From Deltaproteobacteria bacterium (GTDB taxonomy: Bacteria; Desulfobacterota_D; UBA1144; Nemesobacterales; Nemesobacteraceae): DNA of 64,000 bases. The notes below the pieces were generated by a model. That model searched no databases and was not told where the DNA came from. It saw only the letters and a list, made by a program, of their open reading frames with translations. Location: the NCBI GenBank assembly GCA_029262295.1, contig JAJCZR010000068.1, forward strand, positions 9,749-73,748, given 5' to 3'. Positions 47,623 through 57,207 of this stretch are shown one piece after another. Position numbers and translations under genes: made by a program. Each line of letters begins with the position of its first letter. The first letter of the stretch is position 1.

Positions 47623-49086
47623 GTGGATAATGAAGTTTTGTCAGAAGAACTAAAAAAGTATGTATCAAATATTGATAAAGATATTTACACTGTAAGTAAT
47701 ATCCCCGAAGAAGTAATTGCCGTAATATTTGCTTATGTGAGCAGGAGTTCCAAAGGGTTTAGAGAAAATATTGATGTAGTAATAAAAGAGGAGCAACACG
47801 GTAGGGAAAGGGCAGCGAAGTTTCATGAAAAATGGGTTCTAAATTATGGCCACGCATCTGTGGCTGAACATGCCGCTGTACACATGGGTGTTGAAAAAGT
47901 ATCAAGGCTTTTTTCTTCCATATTTGAACTTAGTAATGAATTTCTGTCTTTTACTGAATATTCTCAAAGATACCAAAGACCAAAAAAAGGCGATTTTTAT
48001 GTACCTGATGAACTTTCATCAAATCAAACTCTAAAAACAGAATTTACTCAGCTTTGTGACTATCAGTATGACATTTATGCAAGACTTAACTCAAAGCTTT
48101 TAGAATATCTCAAAGATAAAAATCCAGTACCTTCTGATCAAGACGAGAAAAGACACATCTCAGCACTTGAAAAAATTGCTTTTGAAGATGCAAGGTATGC
48201 ACTCAACCTTGCTACTCTTACCAATCTTGGGATGACAGCCAATGCAAGGGCAATTGAAGACTGTATCTCCAGCCTTCTTTCATCAAAGTATCCAGAAGTA
48301 AGGAAAAGAGCTCGGGAAATGAAAGATGAAGTTAAGTTTTCCGTGCCCACACTCGTAAAGTATGCAAATGAAAATGAATATATAGTTAATACAAGAAAGG
48401 AGTTTTCCCATTTTGATTTAAAAGTTTCTGAATCTGCCCTGAATGGCCCTACTGCAAATCTTTTAGACTTTACGGGAAGGGAAAATGCTAAGCCTGAGAA
48501 TGAGGCTATTAGAAAAGTTTTGCAGGCACTTTTTTATAAATATTCAGAGGCTGATCTTGAGAGTATCAATAGTGAAACTTCCGTTGAACCAGTTGAACTT
48601 GTAGGGCTTTTTGAAAAAGCAGTGAATAGCCTTAGTAAACATGATAATCCAACGAATATATTTAAACTCATAAAGTATGAAGCTGAATTTATACTGAGTG
48701 AAGCCAACTGGCATCAACTTCTTCGCCATAGAAAAGTAAACTGGATTGTAAAAGATCCGTCTGTGAAGAATGGTATAACCGTTCCCCCCAATATCACTGA
48801 GTCAGGCAACACTGATCTTTTAATGAAGGCAGTGGAAATGAGCGAAAGGCTGTATAATAAATTAGTTGAGAGCGGTTTTGAAACTACTGCCCATTATGTT
48901 GTTACAAATGCCCATAATAGAAGAGTAATTGGGGATTTTGATCTTTGGGAACTTTATCATCTTATAAATCTCAGAATGTCTGAGGGTGCGCAGTGGGACA
49001 TTAAAAAGCTTATAGCTGATCTTGCGGAAAAGATTGCTAAATATCACCCTAATCTTGTAAAACCAGCTTTATTGAGGGTTCATTAG
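47623..49086 (+). CDS. ThyX-like (flavin-dependent thymidylate synthase) long-form protein
   Basis: 487 aa. The first half has ThyX-like NYGHASVAEH and YSQRY but no RHR. The second half has LLRHRKVNWIVKDPS (RHRx7-9S-like) and a WDIKKLIADLAEKIAKYHP C-terminal segment. Confidence 0.5.
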   Translation: MDNEVLSEELKKYVSNIDKDIYTVSNIPEEVIAVIFAYVSRSSKGFRENIDVVIKEEQHGRERAAKFHEKWVLNYGHASVAEHAAVHMGVEKVSRLFSSIFELSNEFLSFTEYSQRYQRPKKGDFYVPDELSSNQTLKTEFTQLCDYQYDIYARLNSKLLEYLKDKNPVPSDQDEKRHISALEKIAFEDARYALNLATLTNLGMTANARAIEDCISSLLSSKYPEVRKRAREMKDEVKFSVPTLVKYANENEYIVNTRKEFSHFDLKVSESALNGPTANLLDFTGRENAKPENEAIRKVLQALFYKYSEADLESINSETSVEPVELVGLFEKAVNSLSKHDNPTNIFKLIKYEAEFILSEANWHQLLRHRKVNWIVKDPSVKNGITVPPNITESGNTDLLMKAVEMSERLYNKLVESGFETTAHYVVTNAHNRRVIGDFDLWELYHLINLRMSEGAQWDIKKLIADLAEKIAKYHPNLVKPALLRVH

Positions 49087-49089
49087 ATC

Positions 49090-49284
49090 ATGTCTAAAAT
49101 GCATTTAACAAAATGTGAAGAGTGCGGATACGAAATTACAATGAAGACAAAAACCTGTCTTAATTGTGGAGAGCGAATCGGTGGTATAACTAAATCTGGA
49201 TACAAAGGTTTTATTAGAAAAATATTTTTCATTCTTTTTGCTATCTATATGCTTGCATCCGCACTATGGGGTTTTTGGAAGTAA
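49090..49284 (+). CDS. Small zinc-ribbon protein with C-terminal TM helix
   Basis: 64 aa. CEECG...CLNCG. Hydrophobic tail. Confidence 0.4.
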   Translation: MSKMHLTKCEECGYEITMKTKTCLNCGERIGGITKSGYKGFIRKIFFILFAIYMLASALWGFWK

Positions 49285-49290
49285 ATAATA

Positions 49291-49788
49291 ATGGCAAACC
49301 CGGATCATGTTAATAAGATAAAAGAAGGTGTTTCAAGTTGGAATGAGTGGAGAGAGAAAAACCCTGAGATAAAGCCTGATCTTGGATGGGCAAATCTTGT
49401 ATCACTTGACCTTAAAGAAGTGCACTTTAACGAATCTAATTTAAAACTTGCCTTTTGTAGGGATTCAAACTTTACTAATGCTGATTTCTCGAATGCCAAT
49501 CTGTATGGAACCAATTTCCAAAATGCTGATCTTAAAGATGCAAACTTTGAAAATTCTAATTTGGAAGGCGCACACATTACGAATGCCAATCTCAAAGGGG
49601 CTAATCTTAAAGGTGTAAACCTCAAACTTGCTAATTTTGATGGCTCCGATCTCTCTGATGTAGATCTTATAGGAGCAAAAAAACTAAAGTTTAAACAACT
49701 TTTGAATGTTAATAGTTTAAAAAATACCAAGCTTGATGGTGACTTGCTTGAACAGGTAAAAGCAAATGCACCTCATCTTCTGGATTAA
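49291..49788 (+). CDS. Pentapeptide repeat protein
   Basis: 165 aa with tandem A(N/D)LxG-type pentapeptides (ANLYGTNFQNADLKDANFENSNLEGAHITNANLKGANLKGVNLKLANF). Confidence 0.85.
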   Translation: MANPDHVNKIKEGVSSWNEWREKNPEIKPDLGWANLVSLDLKEVHFNESNLKLAFCRDSNFTNADFSNANLYGTNFQNADLKDANFENSNLEGAHITNANLKGANLKGVNLKLANFDGSDLSDVDLIGAKKLKFKQLLNVNSLKNTKLDGDLLEQVKANAPHLLD

Positions 49789-49790
49789 CT

Positions 49791-50954
49791 ATGGAAGATC
49801 TCCCTTCATTTAAAGATATTCCCCAAAAAAAAGTTTACGCAGTATCCGAACTTAACTCAGAAATAAAATCAATTATTGACGAAGGCTTTGAATCAAAGCA
49901 TATCCTTGTCGCAGGTGAAATTTCAAACTTCAGGGGTAACTATGCAAGTGGTCATTGGTATTTTTCCCTAAAAGATGATCAAAGCCAGATATCCGCTGTT
50001 TCATTTAAGTGGGCCAATAGCCATATAAAGTTTGAGCCTGAAAATGGGATGGAAGTAATCTGCAATGTCCAGGTCTCTGTTTATGAAAAAGGTGGCACTT
50101 ATCAACTTAATGTAAAGCATATTGAACCAAAAGGGGTAGGGGCGCATGCACTTGCCCTTGAGCAGCTCAAAGAAAAACTTTTAAAAGAAGGTCTATTTGA
50201 TCCTGAAAGAAAAAGGCAACTACCTTTTTTGCCGAGTAAAATTGGTGTAGTTACTTCTCCCACTGGTGCAGCTATTAAAGATGTGCTCAAAGTTATTGAT
50301 AGCCGTTTCCCCAATATTCATGTTTTGGTTTCTCCGGCAAGAGTGCAGGGCGGGAGTGCAGCAATTGAGATTATTAAGGCACTTGAAATTCTATACAAAA
50401 TAAAAGACCTTGATTTAATAATTCTAACAAGAGGTGGTGGTTCAAAAGAAGATCTTTGGGTCTTTAATGATGAGAATGTCGCCAGAACAATAGTTAAATC
50501 CCCTGTGCCGCTTATTTCTGCTATTGGACATGAGATAGATATTACTATTTCTGATCTTGTTGCCGATGTAAGGGCTGCCACTCCTTCTAATGCTGCTGAA
50601 CTTGCAGTCAGAGAAAAAACTGAACTTATTTATGGGCTCATTGATTTTAAAAAGAGGATGAATTCTTCATTGAAAAATAAAGTGAATATTGTTGGTTATG
50701 AGCTTGATCAGTATGTTAATCGGATAAAATGGAATATTAATTCAAAACTTGAAGCCATTGAATCTGAAATGAGAAACTTGTCCGGCAAACTGGATTCCCT
50801 AAGTCCACTGAAAGTATTGAGCAGAGGCTACAGTGTTGTAACTAAGAACAAAAAAGTTGTTATCGACTCAAGTAAACTTAAAGCAAAAGATAAGTTAGAG
50901 GTTAGATTTCATATCGGAAAAGCTTTTTGTTCTGTGGATAAAACGGAAAAATAA
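49791..50954 (+). CDS. xseA: Exodeoxyribonuclease VII large subunit
   Basis: 387 aa. OB-fold N-terminus. Catalytic region ILTRGGGSKEDLWVFNDE. Confidence 0.9.
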   Translation: MEDLPSFKDIPQKKVYAVSELNSEIKSIIDEGFESKHILVAGEISNFRGNYASGHWYFSLKDDQSQISAVSFKWANSHIKFEPENGMEVICNVQVSVYEKGGTYQLNVKHIEPKGVGAHALALEQLKEKLLKEGLFDPERKRQLPFLPSKIGVVTSPTGAAIKDVLKVIDSRFPNIHVLVSPARVQGGSAAIEIIKALEILYKIKDLDLIILTRGGGSKEDLWVFNDENVARTIVKSPVPLISAIGHEIDITISDLVADVRAATPSNAAELAVREKTELIYGLIDFKKRMNSSLKNKVNIVGYELDQYVNRIKWNINSKLEAIESEMRNLSGKLDSLSPLKVLSRGYSVVTKNKKVVIDSSKLKAKDKLEVRFHIGKAFCSVDKTEK

Positions 50955-51023
50955 CAAACTCAACATATTTTATACACTGTGATATATTATAATTATTAAG
51001 TTTAGTAAGTTTTTTGAGAAAAT

Positions 51024-51254
51024 TTGATGTCAATCCAGCGTAAAGAATACACATCTCCTGTTGAAGCTCTTGCTTCTATTATTCGTTCGTTGTTTGAATA
51101 CGAGCGAAAGTATAAAATATCTTCAGATGATTTTTTCAATCGTTACCAAGAGGGTAAGATGGAAGATTCTGCTGATTTTGTGGAGTGGGCTGGAGATTAT
51201 CAACATTATATAAATCTTAAAGAAGAATTGGAACGAAAGCTCATTGCAGTATGA
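51024..51254 (+). CDS. Small hypothetical protein, upstream partner of an overlapping two-gene (toxin/antitoxin-like) module
   Basis: 76 aa. Overlaps the downstream ORF by 11 nt. Confidence 0.45.
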   Translation: MMSIQRKEYTSPVEALASIIRSLFEYERKYKISSDDFFNRYQEGKMEDSADFVEWAGDYQHYINLKEELERKLIAV

Positions 51255-51630
51255 TAAATCTCTTCTGGAATATCTTGAGTATGTCCGTCACCTAATACAG
51301 GATTTTAATGATTCAAAAATAGAACAGTATCAAGAAGAGATTCTCTCAAATAATAGAATTAATATTCGGGTAAGGCTTAGGTTTTCTGATAATTCTCTAT
51401 TGCAAATAAGTGAAGCTATCTTTTTGAAAGCTGAAGAAAGTTCTTGGCTTAGTTATCGTTATCATTACCAAGATTCTTCAAAAAAGTTAGTCTTTCGTTA
51501 TGATAATACTCCACATTATCCTGATATTTCTACTCATCCAGATCATAAACATGAAGGTGATCAAGTTTTGGAAAGTTCAAGGCCAACAATTGAGCAGGTA
51601 TTGTTAGAAATAAAAAACTTTTTAAAATAA
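51244..51630 (+). CDS. Hypothetical protein with C-terminal His-rich motif (YDNTPHYPDISTHPDHKHEGD); resembles DUF6516/TumE-like toxin family (tentative)
   Basis: 128 aa. TTG start in the track. Conserved-looking HYP...HPDHKH motif. Confidence 0.45.
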   Translation: MQYDKSLLEYLEYVRHLIQDFNDSKIEQYQEEILSNNRINIRVRLRFSDNSLLQISEAIFLKAEESSWLSYRYHYQDSSKKLVFRYDNTPHYPDISTHPDHKHEGDQVLESSRPTIEQVLLEIKNFLK

Positions 51631-51684
51631 AAGCAAGTAAGAAATTTTAAGAATAAGGGGTAAGGATTTACATTAAAGCTTTTG

Positions 51685-52078
51685 ATGAAGAAATTAAAGA
51701 AAAAAAATAGATGTAACGGTTGAAAAAACAAAAACGGGCTATTCTGCGTATGCAGATGATCTTCCTGTATTTAGCACTGCTGAAAATATATCGGCTTTAT
51801 ATGAAAATTTGATTGAAGCATTAAACCTTCATTATGAAGAAAAGGCTTACGTAGTTGAAGAGAACAACTTAAAATTGAATATTGATTTACAACAATTTTT
51901 TCAATATTACAGGGTTTTGAATGCAAAATTCCTAGCTGAAAGAATTGGTATGAACCCTACGCTGCTTTCTCAATATGTAACTGGGAAAAAACGTCCATCA
52001 AAGAAACAAACTCTAAAGATTATTAAAGGCATTAATAAAGTTGGGAAAGAGCTCTCTAAGATCAATCTTGTAAGTTAA
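51685..52078 (+). pseudogene. hicB: hicB-like antitoxin (UPF0150 N-domain plus XRE-type HTH) disrupted by a frameshift in an A8 tract
   Basis: From the ATG at 51685 the frame stops after 12 codons. The -1 frame from 51707 reads IDVTVEKTKTGYSAYADDLPVFSTAENISALYENLIEALNLHYEE... (HicB fold) and then LAERIGMNPTLLSQYVTGKKRPS (HTH). Removing one A from the run at 51700-51707 fuses them. No hicA nearby. Confidence 0.55.
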
Positions 52079-52242
52079 GTGGTGTAAAGTGTCAGTCTGG
52101 GGCCCATTGTTCACTAATGTTTGGTGGATCAAAGAAAAGATTAATTCTATAAAAATTTATTTGAAAATTGTGTAAAATGTATTGTTGTTTTAATGTGAAT
52201 AATTGTAAAAGTGCTTATTAAGTCTAAGACGGAGAATTTTTT

Positions 52243-53193
52243 GTGATTATTTGTGATAAATGTCAGGCTAATATAACACCAGATTCAAAGTATTGTCCGC
52301 AATGTGGTGATCCTGTTACAGAAGCTGATATATCTAATAAACCAATTGTTGAAGGAAAAATCCCAAGAGCAATAATAGAATTTGGCTATAGTTCGTCTCC
52401 ATCCTATGATAAAGCTGTAAACATAGTTAGTAATATTGACACTTATTCAAGTAGTGGTAATGAAAAGGAAATTAAACATAGAATAGATCTTCCTGTTACT
52501 GAAGTTGAACTTCTAATAACTATTTATGATTTAGTAGGAGGTTGGAAATCTTCATCTATGCTTATTGATGGAAAAAGAGCAACTAAAAGGAATCTAACTT
52601 ATTATGGACTAGGATGTTATAGAAAGAGACAGGAATCGGTTAACCCTAAGCAATATTGCTATGGAGAAGAACAATGGTCTGCAAATATATGGGGATGTTC
52701 CAAACTTAATATGCCTGTTATTACGTGGGGTGGATGGTTAGATTATGGTAGGTTTGATGATGAAGGTATTTGGCACTTTGACAAAGATAAAATTAAAGAA
52801 GAACTGCTTAAAGGGATTAATGAAAATGAATTATGTCCAGTGTTAAATCCCACAAAAATATTTGAGACTCTTGATAAGCTTCCTAATACAATAAATCCAA
52901 AAACTGATAAAAATTGGGAATATAAGGAAACTTACGAAGAGATAGATGGCGAATATAAGAAAGTAGCCAAAGGTATAACACCTATAATAAATAAGATTGA
53001 TACTTTCATACTAGATGATTTTAAGCCACAATGGAAAATTGAATTAGAAAATGATAGAGAAGAACAGAAAATTAGTACTATGGAACTTTCTATTGACCTT
53101 ACAGATCTTCCTAAAAAGAAAAAAACTGGAACTGGATGTCTTGTAAATATTCTTATCTTAATTTCATTGATTAGTGCATGGATCTTTATATAG
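52243..53193 (+). CDS. Hypothetical protein with N-terminal double zinc ribbon and C-terminal TM anchor
   Basis: 316 aa. CDKCQANITPDSKYCPQCGDP at the N-terminus. GCLVNILILISLISAWIFI at the C-terminus. Unknown central domain. Confidence 0.5.
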   Translation: MIICDKCQANITPDSKYCPQCGDPVTEADISNKPIVEGKIPRAIIEFGYSSSPSYDKAVNIVSNIDTYSSSGNEKEIKHRIDLPVTEVELLITIYDLVGGWKSSSMLIDGKRATKRNLTYYGLGCYRKRQESVNPKQYCYGEEQWSANIWGCSKLNMPVITWGGWLDYGRFDDEGIWHFDKDKIKEELLKGINENELCPVLNPTKIFETLDKLPNTINPKTDKNWEYKETYEEIDGEYKKVAKGITPIINKIDTFILDDFKPQWKIELENDREEQKISTMELSIDLTDLPKKKKTGTGCLVNILILISLISAWIFI

Positions 53194-53228
53194 AAGGCAA
53201 ATTATATCTTATTCATGCAAAAATTTTA

Positions 53229-54290
53229 TCAACTCTCAACCAATGCAAGCTGATTAAGTTCAATTACAGTAATTCCATTTTTTACAAGATCAGTTTTGAT
53301 ATTATCTCCCGGCATAGTATCAGTAAAAATATACTTTGATCTCCCGCCGAAGTTTTCTTTTATGGATCCATCTCTGCTTTTGAATTCTTTTGTAATCTTC
53401 TCGAGTTGATCCTTTGTAAGAAAAAGTATTTGAGGCATTACTTCTCTTACATCATCAAAAAAATCTTTTAGGTTTGCTGCAATTGCACCTCTGTTACCTA
53501 ACTGCACATTAAGAACATTTGCAAATTTTGAGAATGAATCTATTGCAGGAAGATATGAAAAAGACTGTGATTCTTCGGTTATAAACTTCAATTTCTTTTG
53601 AATAACTTTTAAAAGATTTATTATTTTTTCCTGTGAGAATTTTTGTGCTTTTGGTTCTACATTTTCACTAAATTTATAAAAAATGGTTGCAGTTGCTTCC
53701 TGTGAAACAGATTGTGAATGTTCATCAAGAGTATCTTTTAGTTTTTTTCTCTTTAGAAAACCAAACTTTACAACGTTAAGGTAGTTAAGGAACTTTTCTT
53801 CAATCTTGATTTTATCTTCTGTAACAATGAAGCCTTTGATTATTCTATTTCTGATTAAATCGTCTTTTGAAATATGTTCGATAATTTCCGGCTTGTCAGA
53901 GAATATGTAATAACTATCTTCAGAGCTATCAACAATTTTGCTTATATCGGAGTATTTTTTGATCGGAATTGTAATTCCGCCCAGTAAGAAAACTGCAAGC
54001 TCAAAAAATAAACTCTCCAAAGTGTTTGTTGAATAAAAAATGATTTTATCTTCTTTCTTAAATTCAAGATCAAGAAGAAAGCAGGCAATGCTTTTCACTT
54101 CAGTTTCAAAGTCGAGCCAGGTTATCTGTTTCCAACTCCAGCCGTCTCTTTTCTGAAATATAAGTTTGGATTTATTTTCTTTAATCCTTTTCTGTAGCAG
54201 GTTATGAAAGTTGTTTTCATTCATGTTATATTGGTTTTCCGGCTTTGGGTTTAAGCTAAAATTAGCAGTTATATTAACTGTTTTAAACAT
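53229..54290 (-). CDS. Truncated AMP-binding (acyl-CoA synthetase, ACSL/FadD-like) N-terminal homolog with degenerate ATP-binding motif; probable pseudoenzyme or gene remnant
   Basis: Aligns to the N-terminal ~350 aa of long-chain acyl-CoA synthetases (KLIFQKRDGWSWKQITWLDFETEVKSIACFL...GGITIPIKKYSD...). Where TSGTTGxPKG is expected it reads KFSENVEPKAQKF. The whole C-terminal half is absent. The likely start is the ATG at 54224. Confidence 0.5.
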   Translation of the reverse strand: MFKTVNITANFSLNPKPENQYNMNENNFHNLLQKRIKENKSKLIFQKRDGWSWKQITWLDFETEVKSIACFLLDLEFKKEDKIIFYSTNTLESLFFELAVFLLGGITIPIKKYSDISKIVDSSEDSYYIFSDKPEIIEHISKDDLIRNRIIKGFIVTEDKIKIEEKFLNYLNVVKFGFLKRKKLKDTLDEHSQSVSQEATATIFYKFSENVEPKAQKFSQEKIINLLKVIQKKLKFITEESQSFSYLPAIDSFSKFANVLNVQLGNRGAIAANLKDFFDDVREVMPQILFLTKDQLEKITKEFKSRDGSIKENFGGRSKYIFTDTMPGDNIKTDLVKNGITVIELNQLALVES

Positions 54291-54303
54291 TAAGTTGAAT
54301 CAA

Positions 54304-55653
54304 ATGAAAAAAATACTCGATTTTGAAAAAGAAAGTTACGCAGAAGCTTTAAAAATAGTGGATAAGCTCCGTTCAAAAGGGCATAAAGCCTTTTTTGTGG
54401 GAGGCTGCGTGAGAGACTCTCTTCTTGGTTTTAAACCTAAAGAGATTGATATTACAACAAGCGCCAATCCAGATGAAGTTCAAAGAATGTTTTTGCGAAC
54501 AGTACCAATAGGAGAGAGTTTTGGAGTTGTATTAGTCCTAGAAGGTGAACATCAGTTTGAGGTGGCAACATTCAGAACAGAATCAAAATATGAAGATGGA
54601 AGGCATCCCGAACATGTTGAATACAGTGAAAGTGAAAAAGAAGATGTATTAAGAAGGGATTTCACAATAAACGGTCTTTTGTATGATCCACTTGAAAGTG
54701 ATTTGTTTGACTATACCGATGGCATTTCTGATCTTGATTCTAAAATAATCAGGACAATTGGTGATCCTTCTGAGAGGTTTTCTGAAGATAAACTCAGAAT
54801 GATAAGAGCTATTAGGTTTGCCTCTAGATTTGGTTTTGAAATTGAAGCTGAAACATACTCTGCCATAACAAGTATGGCTTCTGATATCAATAAAATAAGT
54901 GTTGAGAGATTAAGAGATGAGATTGTAAAGATAATAACTCAAAAGAATCCAGGCAAAGGGTTGAATGGGCTTTATGATTCTGGGCTTCTAAAGCAGGTAC
55001 TCTCCGAAGTCGCAGAGATGAGCGGGGTCCCCCAACCTGCTGAGTTTCACCCTGAAGGTGATGTGTTTGTTCACACGTGCCTTGTGCTGGATAAGCTCTA
55101 TGAAAATACTAATGGAGAGTACTCAGATGAACTTGCAATAGCTGCCCTTTTGCACGATGTTGGCAAACCTCCTACCTTTGAAGAGCTCGACAGAATAAGG
55201 TTTAACGGCCACGACAGGGTAGGGGCGAAAATGGCACAGGTAATTTGTAAAAGACTTCGATTTTCGAAAAAGCAGATTGAGATAATTTCAGGTATCGTTA
55301 GAGATCACTTGAAATTTAAAGATGCTTTTAATATGCGTGAAAGCACTTTGAAAAGGTTTTTGGGCCAGCACCGTTTTGAAGAACATCTTGAGATGCACCT
55401 TGCAGACTGTATGGCAAGCCACGGCATGACAAAAGTTTACTATTTTCTTAAAGATAAGCTTGAAGAGTATAGTGAGGTTGATATCAGGCCGGAACCACTT
55501 TTAAATGGAAAAGATCTTATTTCTATGGGTTATAAACCCGGGCCTATTTTTACTGAAATACTTAATGAAATTGAAGAAAAGCAGCTCGAAGGAAATTTGA
55601 GTTCTAAAGAGGAAGCTATGGACTTTGTTGCAAATACTTTTGTGAATAATTAA
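54304..55653 (+). CDS. cca: CCA tRNA nucleotidyltransferase (class II, with HD domain)
   Basis: Pol-beta head FFVGGCVRDSLLG..DIDITT. HD motif LLHDVGK. Start taken at MKKILDF (54304). Confidence 0.85.
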   Translation: MKKILDFEKESYAEALKIVDKLRSKGHKAFFVGGCVRDSLLGFKPKEIDITTSANPDEVQRMFLRTVPIGESFGVVLVLEGEHQFEVATFRTESKYEDGRHPEHVEYSESEKEDVLRRDFTINGLLYDPLESDLFDYTDGISDLDSKIIRTIGDPSERFSEDKLRMIRAIRFASRFGFEIEAETYSAITSMASDINKISVERLRDEIVKIITQKNPGKGLNGLYDSGLLKQVLSEVAEMSGVPQPAEFHPEGDVFVHTCLVLDKLYENTNGEYSDELAIAALLHDVGKPPTFEELDRIRFNGHDRVGAKMAQVICKRLRFSKKQIEIISGIVRDHLKFKDAFNMRESTLKRFLGQHRFEEHLEMHLADCMASHGMTKVYYFLKDKLEEYSEVDIRPEPLLNGKDLISMGYKPGPIFTEILNEIEEKQLEGNLSSKEEAMDFVANTFVNN

Positions 55654-56126
55654 TTCAGTTCTTCCCGTGTGAAATCACTTGTCAAAAACTCATAATTAAC
55701 AAACCAGGCCTCATTGACTTTATTCCATTCGTTCCACAAAGTAAGTTTTTTTTCTACCACTGAGGGATACCTGTAAAAGGTAATTAGTACTTTTACTTTT
55801 GCATTTTCTTCATCAATAGGTGTGTAATCCTTAATTTCATAACCTGTAATGTTAAGATCATCCTCGTTTTCAGTTGTAAAAGTATCATAAGCTACCAACT
55901 GATCGTGATGAACAAAAGCTGCAGCCCTATCGTAATATTTCCACATCAGCATTTTGTAAAAAGTATCGGCAGTTTTTAGGGGCGTCTCATCCTCTTTATT
56001 AAAAGGTGATTTTGAACTACAACCTGGTGAGAACAATATCCCTAAAACAAGAAATAAAAAGATAGATCTTTTAAAAGTCTGCATCGCAATTAATATAACT
56101 GCTATGAAAGGAGAAAGGGAACTCAC
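55650..56126 (-). CDS. Hypothetical lipoprotein
   Basis: 158 aa. Lipobox LGILFSPGC. Confidence 0.5.
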   Translation of the reverse strand: MSSLSPFIAVILIAMQTFKRSIFLFLVLGILFSPGCSSKSPFNKEDETPLKTADTFYKMLMWKYYDRAAAFVHHDQLVAYDTFTTENEDDLNITGYEIKDYTPIDEENAKVKVLITFYRYPSVVEKKLTLWNEWNKVNEAWFVNYEFLTSDFTREELN

Positions 56127-56154
56127 TTTCGTAAGCCCCCACTTCTTTTTAAAG

Positions 56155-56472
56155 TTAGATTTTTCCCTGAAGCAAAAATGCTATGAGAAGGGCGTAGATT
56201 ACAAGTGACTCAATAAGAGCAAGACCGATAATCATAGGTGTCTGAATCTTTGATGCTGCACCCGGGTTTCTTGCAATTCCGTCTAGAGCTGCGGCAGTTG
56301 CTCTTCCCTGACCTAATCCGCCAAATGCTGCGGCAAGACCAATAGCAATACCAGCTCCGATAGCAATACCCATCTTTGCCAAGTCTCCGCCCTCAGTTGC
56401 AGCAAAAGCACTTGGAGCTACACCAATAGATGCAATAACAGTCAACACAATAAAAGAGAATAACCTCTTCAT
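56155..56472 (-). CDS. atpE: F0F1 ATP synthase subunit c with N-terminal extension
   Basis: 105 aa. [19 protein letters not shown] ... [19 protein letters not shown] is the c-subunit hairpin with its carboxylate Glu. About 25-aa signal-like N-terminal extension. Confidence 0.85.
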   Translation of the reverse strand: MKRLFSFIVLTVIASIGVAPSAFAATEGGDLAKMGIAIGAGIAIGLAAAFGGLGQGRATAAALDGIARNPGAASKIQTPMIIGLALIESLVIYALLIAFLLQGKI

Positions 56473-56517
56473 TTTTTACCTCCTAAAAGTAATGAAATAT
56501 TCTAATTTAATTTAGCC

Positions 56518-57207
56518 TTAATGTTCATGTGCCTCAGACAATGCTATGTATATACTTGAGAGCACGGTAAATATAAATGCCTGTAAAAACGATACAAAGA
56601 TACCTAATCCCACAAATAAAGCAGGTATTAAAAAATGTGTAAGATCAGTAAACACCCCAAGCACTAGATGGTCACCTGTAATATTCATAAAAAGCCTGAG
56701 GGAAAGCGAAATTGGCCTTACAATATGGCTTATTACCTCAATTATAATCATTAGTGGTGCAAGAAAGATTACTGGCCCCATAAAGTGTTTAAGGTATGAG
56801 ATGCCATGTTCTTTAAATCCATAGTAGTTATACATAAAGAATATTACAGCACTGCAGGCAAGAGTTGTGTTTAAATTGCCTGTTGGTGGAAGAAACCCTG
56901 GAACAATTCCAAGTAAGTTGCCAAACAAAATAAAGAAAAAACATCCTGCAAGCAAAGGAAAATATTTTTTAGTTTTTTCTCTGGAACCAATTATATTTTC
57001 AAGAGTATTAAACAGAAACTCCAAACCCAGAATTTCGAATACATTATTGAAAGTGGGTTTTTCATCAGGAATTACAGAAGATTCCTTTTGATAATTTTTT
57101 TTGATTTTAAATCCTATCAGGGTGAGTAAAACAACAACTAATATTGCGCCCAAGATATGATCGTATTCTATAAGGTTTAGGAGTGTAAACCAGCTAAAGT
57201 GTCCCAT
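56518..57207 (-). CDS. atpB: F0F1 ATP synthase subunit a
   Basis: 229 aa. Conserved Arg in ISLSLRLFMNITGDH. Confidence 0.85.
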   Translation of the reverse strand: MGHFSWFTLLNLIEYDHILGAILVVVLLTLIGFKIKKNYQKESSVIPDEKPTFNNVFEILGLEFLFNTLENIIGSREKTKKYFPLLAGCFFFILFGNLLGIVPGFLPPTGNLNTTLACSAVIFFMYNYYGFKEHGISYLKHFMGPVIFLAPLMIIIEVISHIVRPISLSLRLFMNITGDHLVLGVFTDLTHFLIPALFVGLGIFVSFLQAFIFTVLSSIYIALSEAHEH

